DNA from: an uncultured Enterobacteriaceae bacterium
GTDB lineage: Bacteria; Myxococcota_A; UBA9042
Reading direction: 5' to 3'
DNA: 64,000 nt
Assembly (NCBI GenBank): GCA_964438735.1
Contig: CAYTLW010000014.1
Span: 19,635-83,634, forward strand
Within the stretch, counting starts at the first letter, position 1. Every line of letters begins with the position of its first letter. A model generated the notes under the pieces. That model searched no databases. It had not been told where the DNA came from and worked only from the letters and a program-made list of their open reading frames with translations. Of this stretch, positions 40,308 through 49,432 are shown piece after piece. The position numbers were made by a program, and so were the translations under genes.

Positions 40308-42260
40308 ATGGCTCGACCCCGGCAAGGCCTGGTTGCGATCGCACTGTCTGCAGGCCTGTTGATGGCCAGCGGACAGGCGCACGCCGACCTGAGCAAGTTC
40401 GACATCTCGGCCCGCATCTATACCAAGCACCTGTACACCAATGACGACACGCAGGGCTTGCTGTGGTTGGGCAATCCGTTCTGGAATGACCAGATCGCCG
40501 GCGGCAACGGCGTCGGCAGCGAGTTCGAGCTGACCTTCAAAGGTCGGGTCAGCGATTTTGTCGCCGCGGGCGCCCGCCTGTCGTCCCGTTTCGGCGAGCG
40601 CTGGCAGGACTACTGGGAGAGCGGCAACCGGATGTATGGCGACGTGGAGAACACCTCGGGTGACTCCGCTGGCATGAATCGCGCCGCGTACATGAAGTTG
40701 CGCGGCACATGGATTCAACTGCAGCCCAAGATCCCCTACGTCGACTGGGTGCGCGTGGGCTCCTCCGATCTCGCCATGTTCAACCCATGGACCATCGGCA
40801 AGCTGCGCTACATCGATCGCGACAACGGCAAGGGCTACTTCATGCGCGGCTGGCTCGGTGCCGACCGGCAGGCCACCTGGCTGCTGGCCGCCGTGGCCCT
40901 GCCCAAGCTCTGGGTGGGCCCCTGGTGGTCCACGGGATTGGGCGATCCGGCACTGGAGAACCCATTCTGGGCGCGAGATTGGGCTTACGCCGCCACCTTC
41001 CGCTGGCAGGCCGCCGAGGGCTCGGTGATACGCCTGGTCGGCGACATCACGCAGGATCTGGAGGTGGATCCGGCCGACCCCGACGCGGTGGGGTCCGCCA
41101 ACCCCAACTGCACGGACAAGCTGGGGCATGCAATCCCCGGTTGCCAGGCGGATCATGCCGTCGACTTCTACAACCGTTACAACTCGGTCAACGCCACCGC
41201 GCAGCTGGACCAGGAGTTGGGTGAAGCCGGCAGACTGGACGCCCTTGTTGGCTACAGCAGGCAGCGGATCGACGCCAGCCGCACGGCCAACGGCGTGGCC
41301 CTGAATCAGGGCATCTCGCCCATCGCCTACCAGGATAGCGATGCCTTCGCCGCCCGCTTACGCCTGCTTTCAGATGACCCATTCGAGACCGGCGTCTCGT
41401 TCAAGGCCGAGTACTTCAACATCGGCCAGGACTGGAACGCCATCTTCGGCGCCCGCCGCGAAGCCGACGTCCTGCTGACCGACGGAGTGCTCGGCGGCGG
41501 GCAGCTGCCCACGCTCAACCTGGCCAACGAGTTCATCGACTTCGGCGAGGGCTGGGTCGAGTCCTGCGTGGGCTGGCATGGGGGCACCGCGATCGTCGAA
41601 TACAACAACGATGACGGCGACCTGAAGCTGCTCGCAGAGTTCACGATGCTGTTCTACAACACCGACGCGCAGGACCGCGATACGGACACGATCTACCCGG
41701 ACTTCCTGCACAGCGATGGCTACACGGACATCGGGCTGTATGACTACGCCAACACCAGCGATCGCGGCCGCGACCCGCGATCGGTCTACCACGACAACCA
41801 GTGGCGCCGGACTCGGATCAGCGTACTGCGGGGCGTCAAGACGTTCGACGTCGGCCGCGATCTGGAGCTGCACTTCAAGGCCAAGTACGTGTTTGATGAG
41901 GACTTTCGGTGCACGGACACGACTCGATGCGGCGAGGGTGCGCTGGGCGATGACTACACCGGTCACATCTTGATCGGTCGCGTGAAACTGGCCATGCCCG
42001 TCAGTGATGGATTGAAAATTGCAGTAGGTGGACGGGTGGACCGCTGGTACGAAGACAATCGGCGCGGCACCTTGGAGTTGGGGTACGGCGACGACGAAAC
42101 CAGGCGACATGCCGGCTTCCTCGAAGCGGGCTACCAATTCGGTGGATTGCGGGCAGCCTGGCATGTGGAGTACGTTCACAAGGACCAACAGCGCGAGCGC
42201 GAGAGCGACCAGCTGTGGGCGGTGTGGCGATCGAAGGCCACGGTAGAGGTTGCCTGGTAG
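40308..42260 (+). CDS. probable outer-membrane beta-barrel protein, unknown family
   Basis: Signal peptide (AHA-D), aromatic/Asp-rich amphipathic strands, C-terminal KATVEVAW beta-signal. Confidence 0.7.
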   Translation: MARPRQGLVAIALSAGLLMASGQAHADLSKFDISARIYTKHLYTNDDTQGLLWLGNPFWNDQIAGGNGVGSEFELTFKGRVSDFVAAGARLSSRFGERWQDYWESGNRMYGDVENTSGDSAGMNRAAYMKLRGTWIQLQPKIPYVDWVRVGSSDLAMFNPWTIGKLRYIDRDNGKGYFMRGWLGADRQATWLLAAVALPKLWVGPWWSTGLGDPALENPFWARDWAYAATFRWQAAEGSVIRLVGDITQDLEVDPADPDAVGSANPNCTDKLGHAIPGCQADHAVDFYNRYNSVNATAQLDQELGEAGRLDALVGYSRQRIDASRTANGVALNQGISPIAYQDSDAFAARLRLLSDDPFETGVSFKAEYFNIGQDWNAIFGARREADVLLTDGVLGGGQLPTLNLANEFIDFGEGWVESCVGWHGGTAIVEYNNDDGDLKLLAEFTMLFYNTDAQDRDTDTIYPDFLHSDGYTDIGLYDYANTSDRGRDPRSVYHDNQWRRTRISVLRGVKTFDVGRDLELHFKAKYVFDEDFRCTDTTRCGEGALGDDYTGHILIGRVKLAMPVSDGLKIAVGGRVDRWYEDNRRGTLELGYGDDETRRHAGFLEAGYQFGGLRAAWHVEYVHKDQQRERESDQLWAVWRSKATVEVAW

Positions 42261-42275
42261 GCAAGGGGGCACTGG

Positions 42276-43358
42276 ATGAGCAAGTTCTCGGAGTCAATCG
42301 ACAAAGCCAAGAACAAAGTCAAAAAGGCCACCGATGACGCGGCCAAAGACCTGAAGAAGGCACGCGAAGACGGCGAAAAGAAGATCGACGAGGCGAAGAA
42401 GACCGCCGACAAGAAGATCGACGACAGCGGTCTGCCGGATCCGGTCAAAAAGGCTGCCAAAGACGCGACCAAGGCCGGCCACAAGGCCGCCAAGAAGGCC
42501 GTCGACGAGGGCAAGAAGAAGGCCAAGGAAGCTGTCGAAGAGGCTGAGAAGAAGGCCCACGAGGCGATCAAGGAAGCCGAGAAGAAGGCTGACGAGGCCA
42601 TCGCCGAGGCCGAGAAGTTCGCCAAGAACGAGGTCAAGAAGGCCAGCGATAAGCTCAAGGACATCATCGACGACTCCAACCTGCCCGGGCCCTTGAAGGA
42701 CCTGGCCAAGAAGGGTGTCGACGAGCTCAAGAAGCTGGCCGACAAGGGCATCGACGACCTCAAGAAGGAAGCGTCGGGCATGGTCGACGACCTCAAGAAG
42801 GACGCCGACGAGATGGCCTCACACCTCAAGGACAAGGCCCTGGAGGTGCTCGGCTTCGAGAAGGAGAAGCCGGCCGTCAAGCCGCCCAAGCCGCCAGCGG
42901 TCAAGCCGCCAGCGACCACCAATACGTCGCGAAAGTTCGATCACCAGGGCGTATTCCGCTTCAAGGTACAGCTTGGCAGCATCCAGGCCGGCGCGTTCAC
43001 CGCGGTGGACGGCCTGACCGCCGAGATCGAGCCCATCGAGTACCAGGGCGGCATGGACATGTACTCGCGCCAGATCCCCGGTCGGCCGAAGGTCTCGCCG
43101 GTGGTGCTCAAGAAGGGTTGGATCAACACCGCCCTGCTCTGGGACTGGATGCGCAAGACCATGGAGGGCGAGCTGAAGTTCGAGAACATCAGCCTGACCC
43201 TGGTGGCCGACGACAATCAGACCGAGCTGGTGCAGTACGACTGCCTGGACGCCTGGCCGTCACGCTGGAATGGCTTCCAGCTCGACGCCTCGAGCAGCAA
43301 CGCCATGCTCGAAGAGCTGGAGCTGCAGGTCCGCGAGGTCAAGCGCATCAAGGGCTGA
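42276..43358 (+). CDS. fusion: N-terminal 11-mer K/A/D/E helical repeats + C-terminal T4 gp19-like / eCIS tail-tube domain
   Basis: C-terminal FRFKVQL...F..VDGL..EIEPIEY.GG......IPG.PK...VVLKKGW.....LWDW......AWPSRWNG..LDA......EELEL matches the gp19/Afp1-type tube pattern. Confidence 0.88.
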   Translation: MSKFSESIDKAKNKVKKATDDAAKDLKKAREDGEKKIDEAKKTADKKIDDSGLPDPVKKAAKDATKAGHKAAKKAVDEGKKKAKEAVEEAEKKAHEAIKEAEKKADEAIAEAEKFAKNEVKKASDKLKDIIDDSNLPGPLKDLAKKGVDELKKLADKGIDDLKKEASGMVDDLKKDADEMASHLKDKALEVLGFEKEKPAVKPPKPPAVKPPATTNTSRKFDHQGVFRFKVQLGSIQAGAFTAVDGLTAEIEPIEYQGGMDMYSRQIPGRPKVSPVVLKKGWINTALLWDWMRKTMEGELKFENISLTLVADDNQTELVQYDCLDAWPSRWNGFQLDASSSNAMLEELELQVREVKRIKG

Positions 43359-43384
43359 GCGCCAGCACATCGACGACGACGCGC

Positions 43385-43425
43385 GACGCCGACAGGGGTT
43401 CAGACTCCTGGCGGCGTTGCCTTTT
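43385..43425. terminator. terminator hairpin after the tube gene
   Basis: gacgccgacagggg/ctcctggcggcgtt stem followed by gcctttt, between convergent genes. Confidence 0.6.
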
Positions 43426-45025
43426 GGGGCAGAGGCGCGACCGGCTCATCCAGTTCGCGGCCCATTTCGGCGGCGTGGAAGCGCACGTCGTGCACGATGA
43501 CGCCATCGACGATGACCAACGTGGGCACGGGCGCTTTGCCGCCGGCCTCCCAGGCTCGATTCCAGAGCACGATGTCGGCGGGTGCGCCGACCGCGAGCCG
43601 GCGCGCATGGCCTCGATGGTCGGCGCTCATGCGCGCCATCGCGCGGGCCGGAGAGATCACGCTCGTCAGCGAGGTGAAGAATCGCCACGGACGGCTTGAA
43701 CCGGCGGGCAGGGCCGAGCCGACGACCACGGTGCACTCCCGGGCCAGGCCGACGGTCAGCCACGACGCGCGGTCCGAGGGTGGTTGGATCGACGCGATCG
43801 CGCGCTGCCGACATAGCGGCAACACGGTCGCCACATCAGACGGTCGCTCGATGCGCAGCGGTGGCGCGCCTGGCGAGCGGCGGGCGGCTCGCAGGACTCG
43901 GGAGACCCGCTTGGCGGCGTCATCGCCCTCCAGGTGCACGGCCAGCTGCAGACCGGCATCGTCCGCCTGGCGAAGTCGCTCCGCCAGCGCACGATCCAGC
44001 GCGGCGGCATCGGCCGACGCCCCGCCAGGTTCCAGCCAGAGTTCCAATCCCGCCAGGGTCACCAGCCGGGATCGCCAGGCCCCGGGTGCCAGACCTCCCG
44101 CTTCGCGTTTGGGTGCGCGCTCGCGCTTGCGCGTGGCCAGCGCGCGGCCGGTCGACGGGTGCAGGGCGTCGAGGTAGATCACGCAGCGCACATCGAGTCG
44201 CCGATCTCGCTCGAGGTCGACGAGGATGCGCCAGATGTCGGCCGTCGCGCCCATGATGTGGATGGTGGTGATGCCGCGATCGCGCAGTCCGCTGAGGGTC
44301 TGAACCAGCAGCGGCTTGAGGCGTCCGCTACGAGGCGCAGGCAGCGCCCGCCACACGCTGCGCAGCAGGCCACCGGCGAGTCTGCCACGGTGCTTTCGCG
44401 CCGGACCCTGGAGCCTCGGCGGAAGGGCGGAGAGCAGGCTACGACTCAACAACGCCTTGCGACCATCGGCCGTGCTCAGGAGGATCGGCAATCCGGGTGC
44501 CAGTCGGGCCAGGTCGTCTGCGCTCAAGCCGTCGAGCAATGACCCACGCAGCCCCCAGCCCCAGGCCCAGTCGTCGCCACGAAGCTGTTCGCTGCGAACC
44601 TTCAGGCGTTGGCGCAAGGCGGCCTGATCGGTGACCTGTCGCATGTCGATGGCGTCTCGTCGCAGGGCCGCCGCGTCCAGACGGACGTGACCGTCCACGA
44701 GCCCGGCGCCAGCATGCGCGTTGCGTCCATCGATCAGGCGGGTGGTGGGGCCGCGGATTTCGCGTAACTCGGGCAGGCTGCCAACGCCGGCGATTGCACC
44801 GTTGCGCATGGCGACGGCCTGCCTGCGCCCATCGATTTGCACACCGTCGACGATCAACGAGGCGTAGCGGGCGATGGCGCGGCGCGTGGCGGCGGCTTCG
44901 TTGGTCTCTGGAGGGATCAGGAAGTCGCGGATGGACTGGCATCCAACCGTCAGCGTCAGCGCAGCCGTGATGGTGAGGGCGACCAGCAGGTTGCGGCCTG
45001 GTCGGGTCGGGCCGGCGATGGGCAT
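43400..45025 (-). CDS. YtcJ-like amidohydrolase-3 family lipoprotein, apparently catalytically degenerate
   Basis: LTVG-C lipobox, AMRNGAIAGVGS...TRLID..GLVDGH, GITTIH, QLAVH, RLAVGAPADIVLW. Confidence 0.75.
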   Translation of the reverse strand: MPIAGPTRPGRNLLVALTITAALTLTVGCQSIRDFLIPPETNEAAATRRAIARYASLIVDGVQIDGRRQAVAMRNGAIAGVGSLPELREIRGPTTRLIDGRNAHAGAGLVDGHVRLDAAALRRDAIDMRQVTDQAALRQRLKVRSEQLRGDDWAWGWGLRGSLLDGLSADDLARLAPGLPILLSTADGRKALLSRSLLSALPPRLQGPARKHRGRLAGGLLRSVWRALPAPRSGRLKPLLVQTLSGLRDRGITTIHIMGATADIWRILVDLERDRRLDVRCVIYLDALHPSTGRALATRKRERAPKREAGGLAPGAWRSRLVTLAGLELWLEPGGASADAAALDRALAERLRQADDAGLQLAVHLEGDDAAKRVSRVLRAARRSPGAPPLRIERPSDVATVLPLCRQRAIASIQPPSDRASWLTVGLARECTVVVGSALPAGSSRPWRFFTSLTSVISPARAMARMSADHRGHARRLAVGAPADIVLWNRAWEAGGKAPVPTLVIVDGVIVHDVRFHAAEMGRELDEPVAPLPQKATPPGV

Positions 45026-45038
45026 GAAGGCTCCGGGC

Positions 45039-45542
45039 TCAAGGTTGGTCTGAGATGGGTTGAAGCCGGAGTCGCTCGGGATCACCGGGCCATGCAGTCA
45101 GTTGCCAGGCGCCGCCTTCCCGTTTGCTGACCTCGCGCAACAGGGCGGCACGATCGATCATGGCCGGCACACCCCAGGAACGAATCCGCTCCAGCAGTCG
45201 CGGCCAGGCGTGCACCATCTCCGCTTCCTTCAGCAGCACCTTGCCCCCCTGCACGCCGCGATCGAGGGCGTAGGGGCAATCATCTGCGAGAAAGCCCATG
45301 GGTGCAGCCAGGTCGGCGTGATGACACCAGGGCGCCTTCTCGAAACGGTCGGCGTAGACGGTGCAATTGAACTTGCCGTCCGGCTCGGCGCGCAGAAATC
45401 GGCAGTGCAGGCCCGGCACGACGATGGGCCGGTCGTCCATGGGCACGGCCAGGTGGCAGCTGACACCACAGCGTCGACAGCGGCCCTCGTGGGCGGCATC
45501 CGCGCGGCCGGGACGGCCAGGGAGGATTGGGATGTCGGACAT
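45039..45542 (-). CDS. Cys-cluster protein (YkgJ/CxxCxxCC-like)
   Basis: CRRCGVSCH ... HCRFL ... NCTVYADR ... WC ... DCPY. Confidence 0.7.
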   Translation of the reverse strand: MSDIPILPGRPGRADAAHEGRCRRCGVSCHLAVPMDDRPIVVPGLHCRFLRAEPDGKFNCTVYADRFEKAPWCHHADLAAPMGFLADDCPYALDRGVQGGKVLLKEAEMVHAWPRLLERIRSWGVPAMIDRAALLREVSKREGGAWQLTAWPGDPERLRLQPISDQP

Positions 45543-45569
45543 GGTGATAAATGGGCGCCGTTGGCCCGA

Positions 45570-46718
45570 TCAATGGCGGTCGAAGGCCGACTGCGTCGCG
45601 CCGGGGGCGGCCGCTGGCAGTGGCCAGCCAGCCAGCGCCGGTGCGTGCGTCGCCGCGCTGCTGCTATCGGCGGCCGGCTTGCGCACGAAGAAGAGGTAGC
45701 TGACGGTGCTGACGGCCAGGCCGCTGACCAGGTACAGAGCGCCGCCCCAGTGCTTGTTGGTGTCGATGCCGCCCTCGGGCACCATGCCGTTGATCAGGTC
45801 GGCGGCGGTGGCGTTCTTCAGGTTATCGTCGGCCTGCGAGGCGTCGGAGAAGTAGCTGGCGATGCCCCACACGCCGTATCCGGCCACGGCCACACCGGTG
45901 GCGAGGCCGCCCCAACCCAATACGGTCCGACCGAGCTTGCTCGGCGCGAGCTCGTCGCAGGCCACGGCGACGGTCTTGCTCAATTCGACCTTGATCACCT
46001 TGGCATCACGGAACTTGCCGCGCGCACAGATGATCTCGTGGGCGCCCACGGAGGTTCGGATCGAGGTCATATCCCCCGCCCTGGCGCCGTCATCGATGTC
46101 GATCTGCTTGCCGTCCAGGCGCACGATGACGCCTTTGAGGCCACCGGGCACCTGCAAACGAATCGTGCCCGCCGCCGCCCGCAGCTTGACCTTGATCTCG
46201 CGCATTTCGCCGGCCATCAGCGTCGCCTGGCGGACCGCAGCCTGGTGCAGGTCGGCGCCCAGCTCCATGCGGACTTTGCCAGCGGGGAACCATCGATCCA
46301 CCGTGCCTTTGTAGGTCTTGCCTTCGATCACGATCACGGCCTCTGCGGGTTTGACCGTCACCTTCAAGTGACCGTGGGACTTGAGCAGCTTGTCCAGCTT
46401 GCCCTGCTCCTCGGCCAGCACCGCTCGCAGGCTGCGCTTGAGCTTCGAAGGGTTGATCTCCTTCAAAGCGGCCGCCGCATGATCCAGACGCCACAACTTC
46501 CGCAGCGACCGCACCTTGAGCAGGCTCACGGTCGGGTGCTTCATGTGGCGTTCCACCTCGGCGATGGACTCCAGGGCGCCCTTGAAGTTGCCCGTACGAG
46601 CGCGCTCGCGGGCTTCTGCGAAGGCGGCCTTGGCCTTTTCGATATTGCCCGCAGACGCCGGCCGCGGAGCGACGAAGGCCAGGAGCAGCAGCGCGATGGC
46701 GAGGAGACGAATCCGCAT
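45570..46718 (-). CDS. exported TPR-like + PEGA domain protein (myxobacterial type)
   Basis: Signal peptide, helical N-domain, LKVTVKPAEAVIVIEG PEGA-like repeats, C-terminal TM hairpin. Confidence 0.75.
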   Translation of the reverse strand: MRIRLLAIALLLLAFVAPRPASAGNIEKAKAAFAEARERARTGNFKGALESIAEVERHMKHPTVSLLKVRSLRKLWRLDHAAAALKEINPSKLKRSLRAVLAEEQGKLDKLLKSHGHLKVTVKPAEAVIVIEGKTYKGTVDRWFPAGKVRMELGADLHQAAVRQATLMAGEMREIKVKLRAAAGTIRLQVPGGLKGVIVRLDGKQIDIDDGARAGDMTSIRTSVGAHEIICARGKFRDAKVIKVELSKTVAVACDELAPSKLGRTVLGWGGLATGVAVAGYGVWGIASYFSDASQADDNLKNATAADLINGMVPEGGIDTNKHWGGALYLVSGLAVSTVSYLFFVRKPAADSSSAATHAPALAGWPLPAAAPGATQSAFDRH

Positions 46719-46789
46719 ACCGGGCATCCTAAACGTCCGCCGTGGTCCCGGTCAAAGGGTGACGACGCGGGCCTGTGCAGGAAGGTGGA

Positions 46790-48550
46790 TCAGTCGATGC
46801 CGCCAAATGGATCGTCGTTCTTCTTCTTCTTCGGCTTTGGCTTTGGCTTCGGCTTCGGCGCGGCTTTCTTTTTCAGGGGCGCAGTGATCTTCGGGATGCG
46901 ATTGGCGACCAGCACCTTGGGCTCGAACTTCAGCTCCAGGTCTTCGTACCCATCCAACTTGACCACGTACACGGCGTCCGGATCTTTGACCGTGAGCTGT
47001 TTTTCGTAAGGCGTGGTGCCCAACTCCATGTTGTTGAAGAAGATGCGGGCGCCGGGCGGGGTCGACTCGATGACGACCTTGTGCTTCTCAGCGGCCTTCT
47101 TGCGGGCGTCCTCCGCGGCGGCCTTCTTGCGCTCGGCTTCGATGGCTTTGCGGGCGGCTTCAGCGGCTTCCTTGCGGATGCGTTCGTGGTCGACCTTGGG
47201 CTCGGGTGCCTTGGGTACGGCCGCGATGGCGGTCTTGGGCGTCGACTCGCCGCCACCGTTCTGCATGGCCACGGCCACGACCGCACCGACGGCCAACACG
47301 GCCAGGATCAGCAGCACGATCAGCGTCTGGTTCGAGCCACTCTCCTGCGGCGGAGCCTGAGGCGGCGGCGGCGCTGGCCTTGCGGCAGGACTCGGCGGAC
47401 GCAGCACGGTCGCCGCATCGAGCGTATCCAGCGCAACCGTGGCTTCGCTGGCCACGGCGGCGGCCCGGGCAGCGCCCGTATCCATGGCCACAGTGGCTTC
47501 CGCTTCCGTTGCCGGCACCGGGACGTCGCCAACGTGATCGATGGCTACCGTCTTTTCGGGTTCGCTGTCGTCGGTAGAGATGGACTCCATGGCCCGGGTG
47601 GCCTCTTCGGAGGCCGGCGGGATGGTCGACGGGCGAGCTGGCGTCATGGCCGCCGCGGGCGTGTAATTGCCCGCTCGGGTCGCGCCCTGCAGGCCCAACA
47701 TCGCCTCGTCGATCGACATGACGACCGCCTCGGCGTTCTGGTGTCGATTCTCCGGGCGCTTCTGGAGCAGCTTGAAGATCAGGGCGTCGACAGCCTCCGG
47801 CACGACGATATCGGGCGCCACCTCGTCCAACGCCGGCGGCTCCTCCTGGACGTGCTTGATGGCCACGGCAATGGGCTCGTCGGCGGTGAAGGGCGGCCGC
47901 CCGGTCACGCACTCGAACAGGATCACGCCGAGCGAGTACAGGTCGGAGCGATTGTCCAGCCGCTTGCCCTGCGCCTGTTCGGGCGAGAGGTAACGCGGGG
48001 TGCCGAACATCTTGCCGGCCTGGGTGAGATTGGCGTTCTCATCTTCGAGAAACTTGGCGATGCCGAAGTCGATGACCTTGACGAAGTCCTTTTCGCCATA
48101 GATCTCGCAAACGAAGATGTTGTCCGGCTTCAGGTCACGGTGCACGATGCCCTTGGAGTGGGCTTCGGCCAGGGACTTACAGACCTGGCGCATGATGTAG
48201 AGCGCCCGCTCCACGTCGACCCGTCCGCGACGCAGGATGGCGGTCAGGTCTTCGCCGGTGAGGAACTCGATCACCATGAAGATGTGACCGGCCGGATCGC
48301 GGCCGAAGTCGAGTACCGAGATGGTGTTGGGATGGCGCAGCTGGTTGGCAGCGCGGGCCTCCTGCTCGAAGCGGATGACCTGCTTTTCGTCGGAGACCAG
48401 GTGCGGCGCCAGGACCTTGACGGCGACCACGCGCTCGCTCATCTGCGAGTCGGTGGCCCGATACACGGTGCCCATGCCGCCCTGGCCCAAAAGCGCGCCG
48501 AGCTCGTAGCGGCCCGCGAGGGTCTTGCCGACCAGGTTGACTTGATCCAT
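46790..48550 (-). CDS. Hanks-type Ser/Thr protein kinase with TM and extracellular PEGA domain
   Basis: LGQGGMGTVY, VAVKVL, HRDLKPDN, DFGIAK, GTPRYLSPEQ, TM, VVIESTPPGARIF...LGTTP. Confidence 0.97.
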   Translation of the reverse strand: MDQVNLVGKTLAGRYELGALLGQGGMGTVYRATDSQMSERVVAVKVLAPHLVSDEKQVIRFEQEARAANQLRHPNTISVLDFGRDPAGHIFMVIEFLTGEDLTAILRRGRVDVERALYIMRQVCKSLAEAHSKGIVHRDLKPDNIFVCEIYGEKDFVKVIDFGIAKFLEDENANLTQAGKMFGTPRYLSPEQAQGKRLDNRSDLYSLGVILFECVTGRPPFTADEPIAVAIKHVQEEPPALDEVAPDIVVPEAVDALIFKLLQKRPENRHQNAEAVVMSIDEAMLGLQGATRAGNYTPAAAMTPARPSTIPPASEEATRAMESISTDDSEPEKTVAIDHVGDVPVPATEAEATVAMDTGAARAAAVASEATVALDTLDAATVLRPPSPAARPAPPPPQAPPQESGSNQTLIVLLILAVLAVGAVVAVAMQNGGGESTPKTAIAAVPKAPEPKVDHERIRKEAAEAARKAIEAERKKAAAEDARKKAAEKHKVVIESTPPGARIFFNNMELGTTPYEKQLTVKDPDAVYVVKLDGYEDLELKFEPKVLVANRIPKITAPLKKKAAPKPKPKPKPKKKKNDDPFGGID

Positions 48551-48790
48551 GGAGCCGCCTGTAACGGGAACGTCGGACCGCGCCGCCCTACCCCGTTTAC
48601 CGGTTTGGCGCCAAGCCCGGGGGCCTCGCGAGGTGCAGTATAGTACAGGGTCGGACGACCCTGGCAAACGGTCCGCTGGGGCCCGTCTTCCACTGTCGAC
48701 GGACCTGGGCTAGGATGGCGTCCGCTGTTTCGGCCCGCTGCGCCGACTGCGTGGGCCGGGCGCAGCAACGTTCTCCAGGAGGCCGTATCC

Positions 48791-49351
48791 ATGACGAGTC
48801 CCGGCACCCTCCGTGTGATGTGCGCGCGCAGTTTGATTGTGCTCCTGGCGGTTGGGCTGGCGGCCAGCGTGACCGCCTGCAACAAGGGCACCAGCATTGG
48901 CGGCTCCCGCGGCAAGCCCAGCGGGGGCGACAAAGACGACAATGAAGACACCCTCAGCGCCAAACAGATCCTTCAAAAGGGCGGTCTCTGCGCGGACGAT
49001 CGAGAGGTCACCGAAGCGGAGAAGGGCACCGACGAGTGGCTGATCCTGCGCATCTACCAGCTGGCGCTCGGTCCCAATACCGACGAGGCCTTTGTCGAGT
49101 TCCGTGCCCTCTTTCCCGATGCGCGCAACACCAGGCAGCTCAAGGAGATGTACTGGCCGCGCATCCGCAAGAACGTGCATAAATACATGAATGAGCCCGG
49201 CGAGGCGGGGTATACGATCTGCCGGACAATGGCGACCGATCGCGGTCGCAAGTTCTACATCAAGACAAACGATCCGAGACAGCATCCGCCACCGATCGAG
49301 ATCGGCGAACGCGACGGTGAAAAGAAGATCCTGGCGTTCACGCCCTTCTGA
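48791..49351 (+). CDS. lipoprotein, unknown function
   Basis: GGAGG RBS, LAASVTA-C lipobox. Confidence 0.75.
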   Translation: MTSPGTLRVMCARSLIVLLAVGLAASVTACNKGTSIGGSRGKPSGGDKDDNEDTLSAKQILQKGGLCADDREVTEAEKGTDEWLILRIYQLALGPNTDEAFVEFRALFPDARNTRQLKEMYWPRIRKNVHKYMNEPGEAGYTICRTMATDRGRKFYIKTNDPRQHPPPIEIGERDGEKKILAFTPF

Positions 49352-49432
49352 TGGCTGTGCGTTGATGCCGGTGCGCCGAGCATACGATTCCGCCGGTCGC
49401 CACGACAGGCAACCCGGCAAGTGGAGCCCACG

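Noticed and set aside
42276-43358. Prophage or complete eCIS locus around the tail-tube domain
   Set aside because: No sheath, baseplate, terminase, capsid, integrase or att-like repeats in the window. The flanks are host-type genes.
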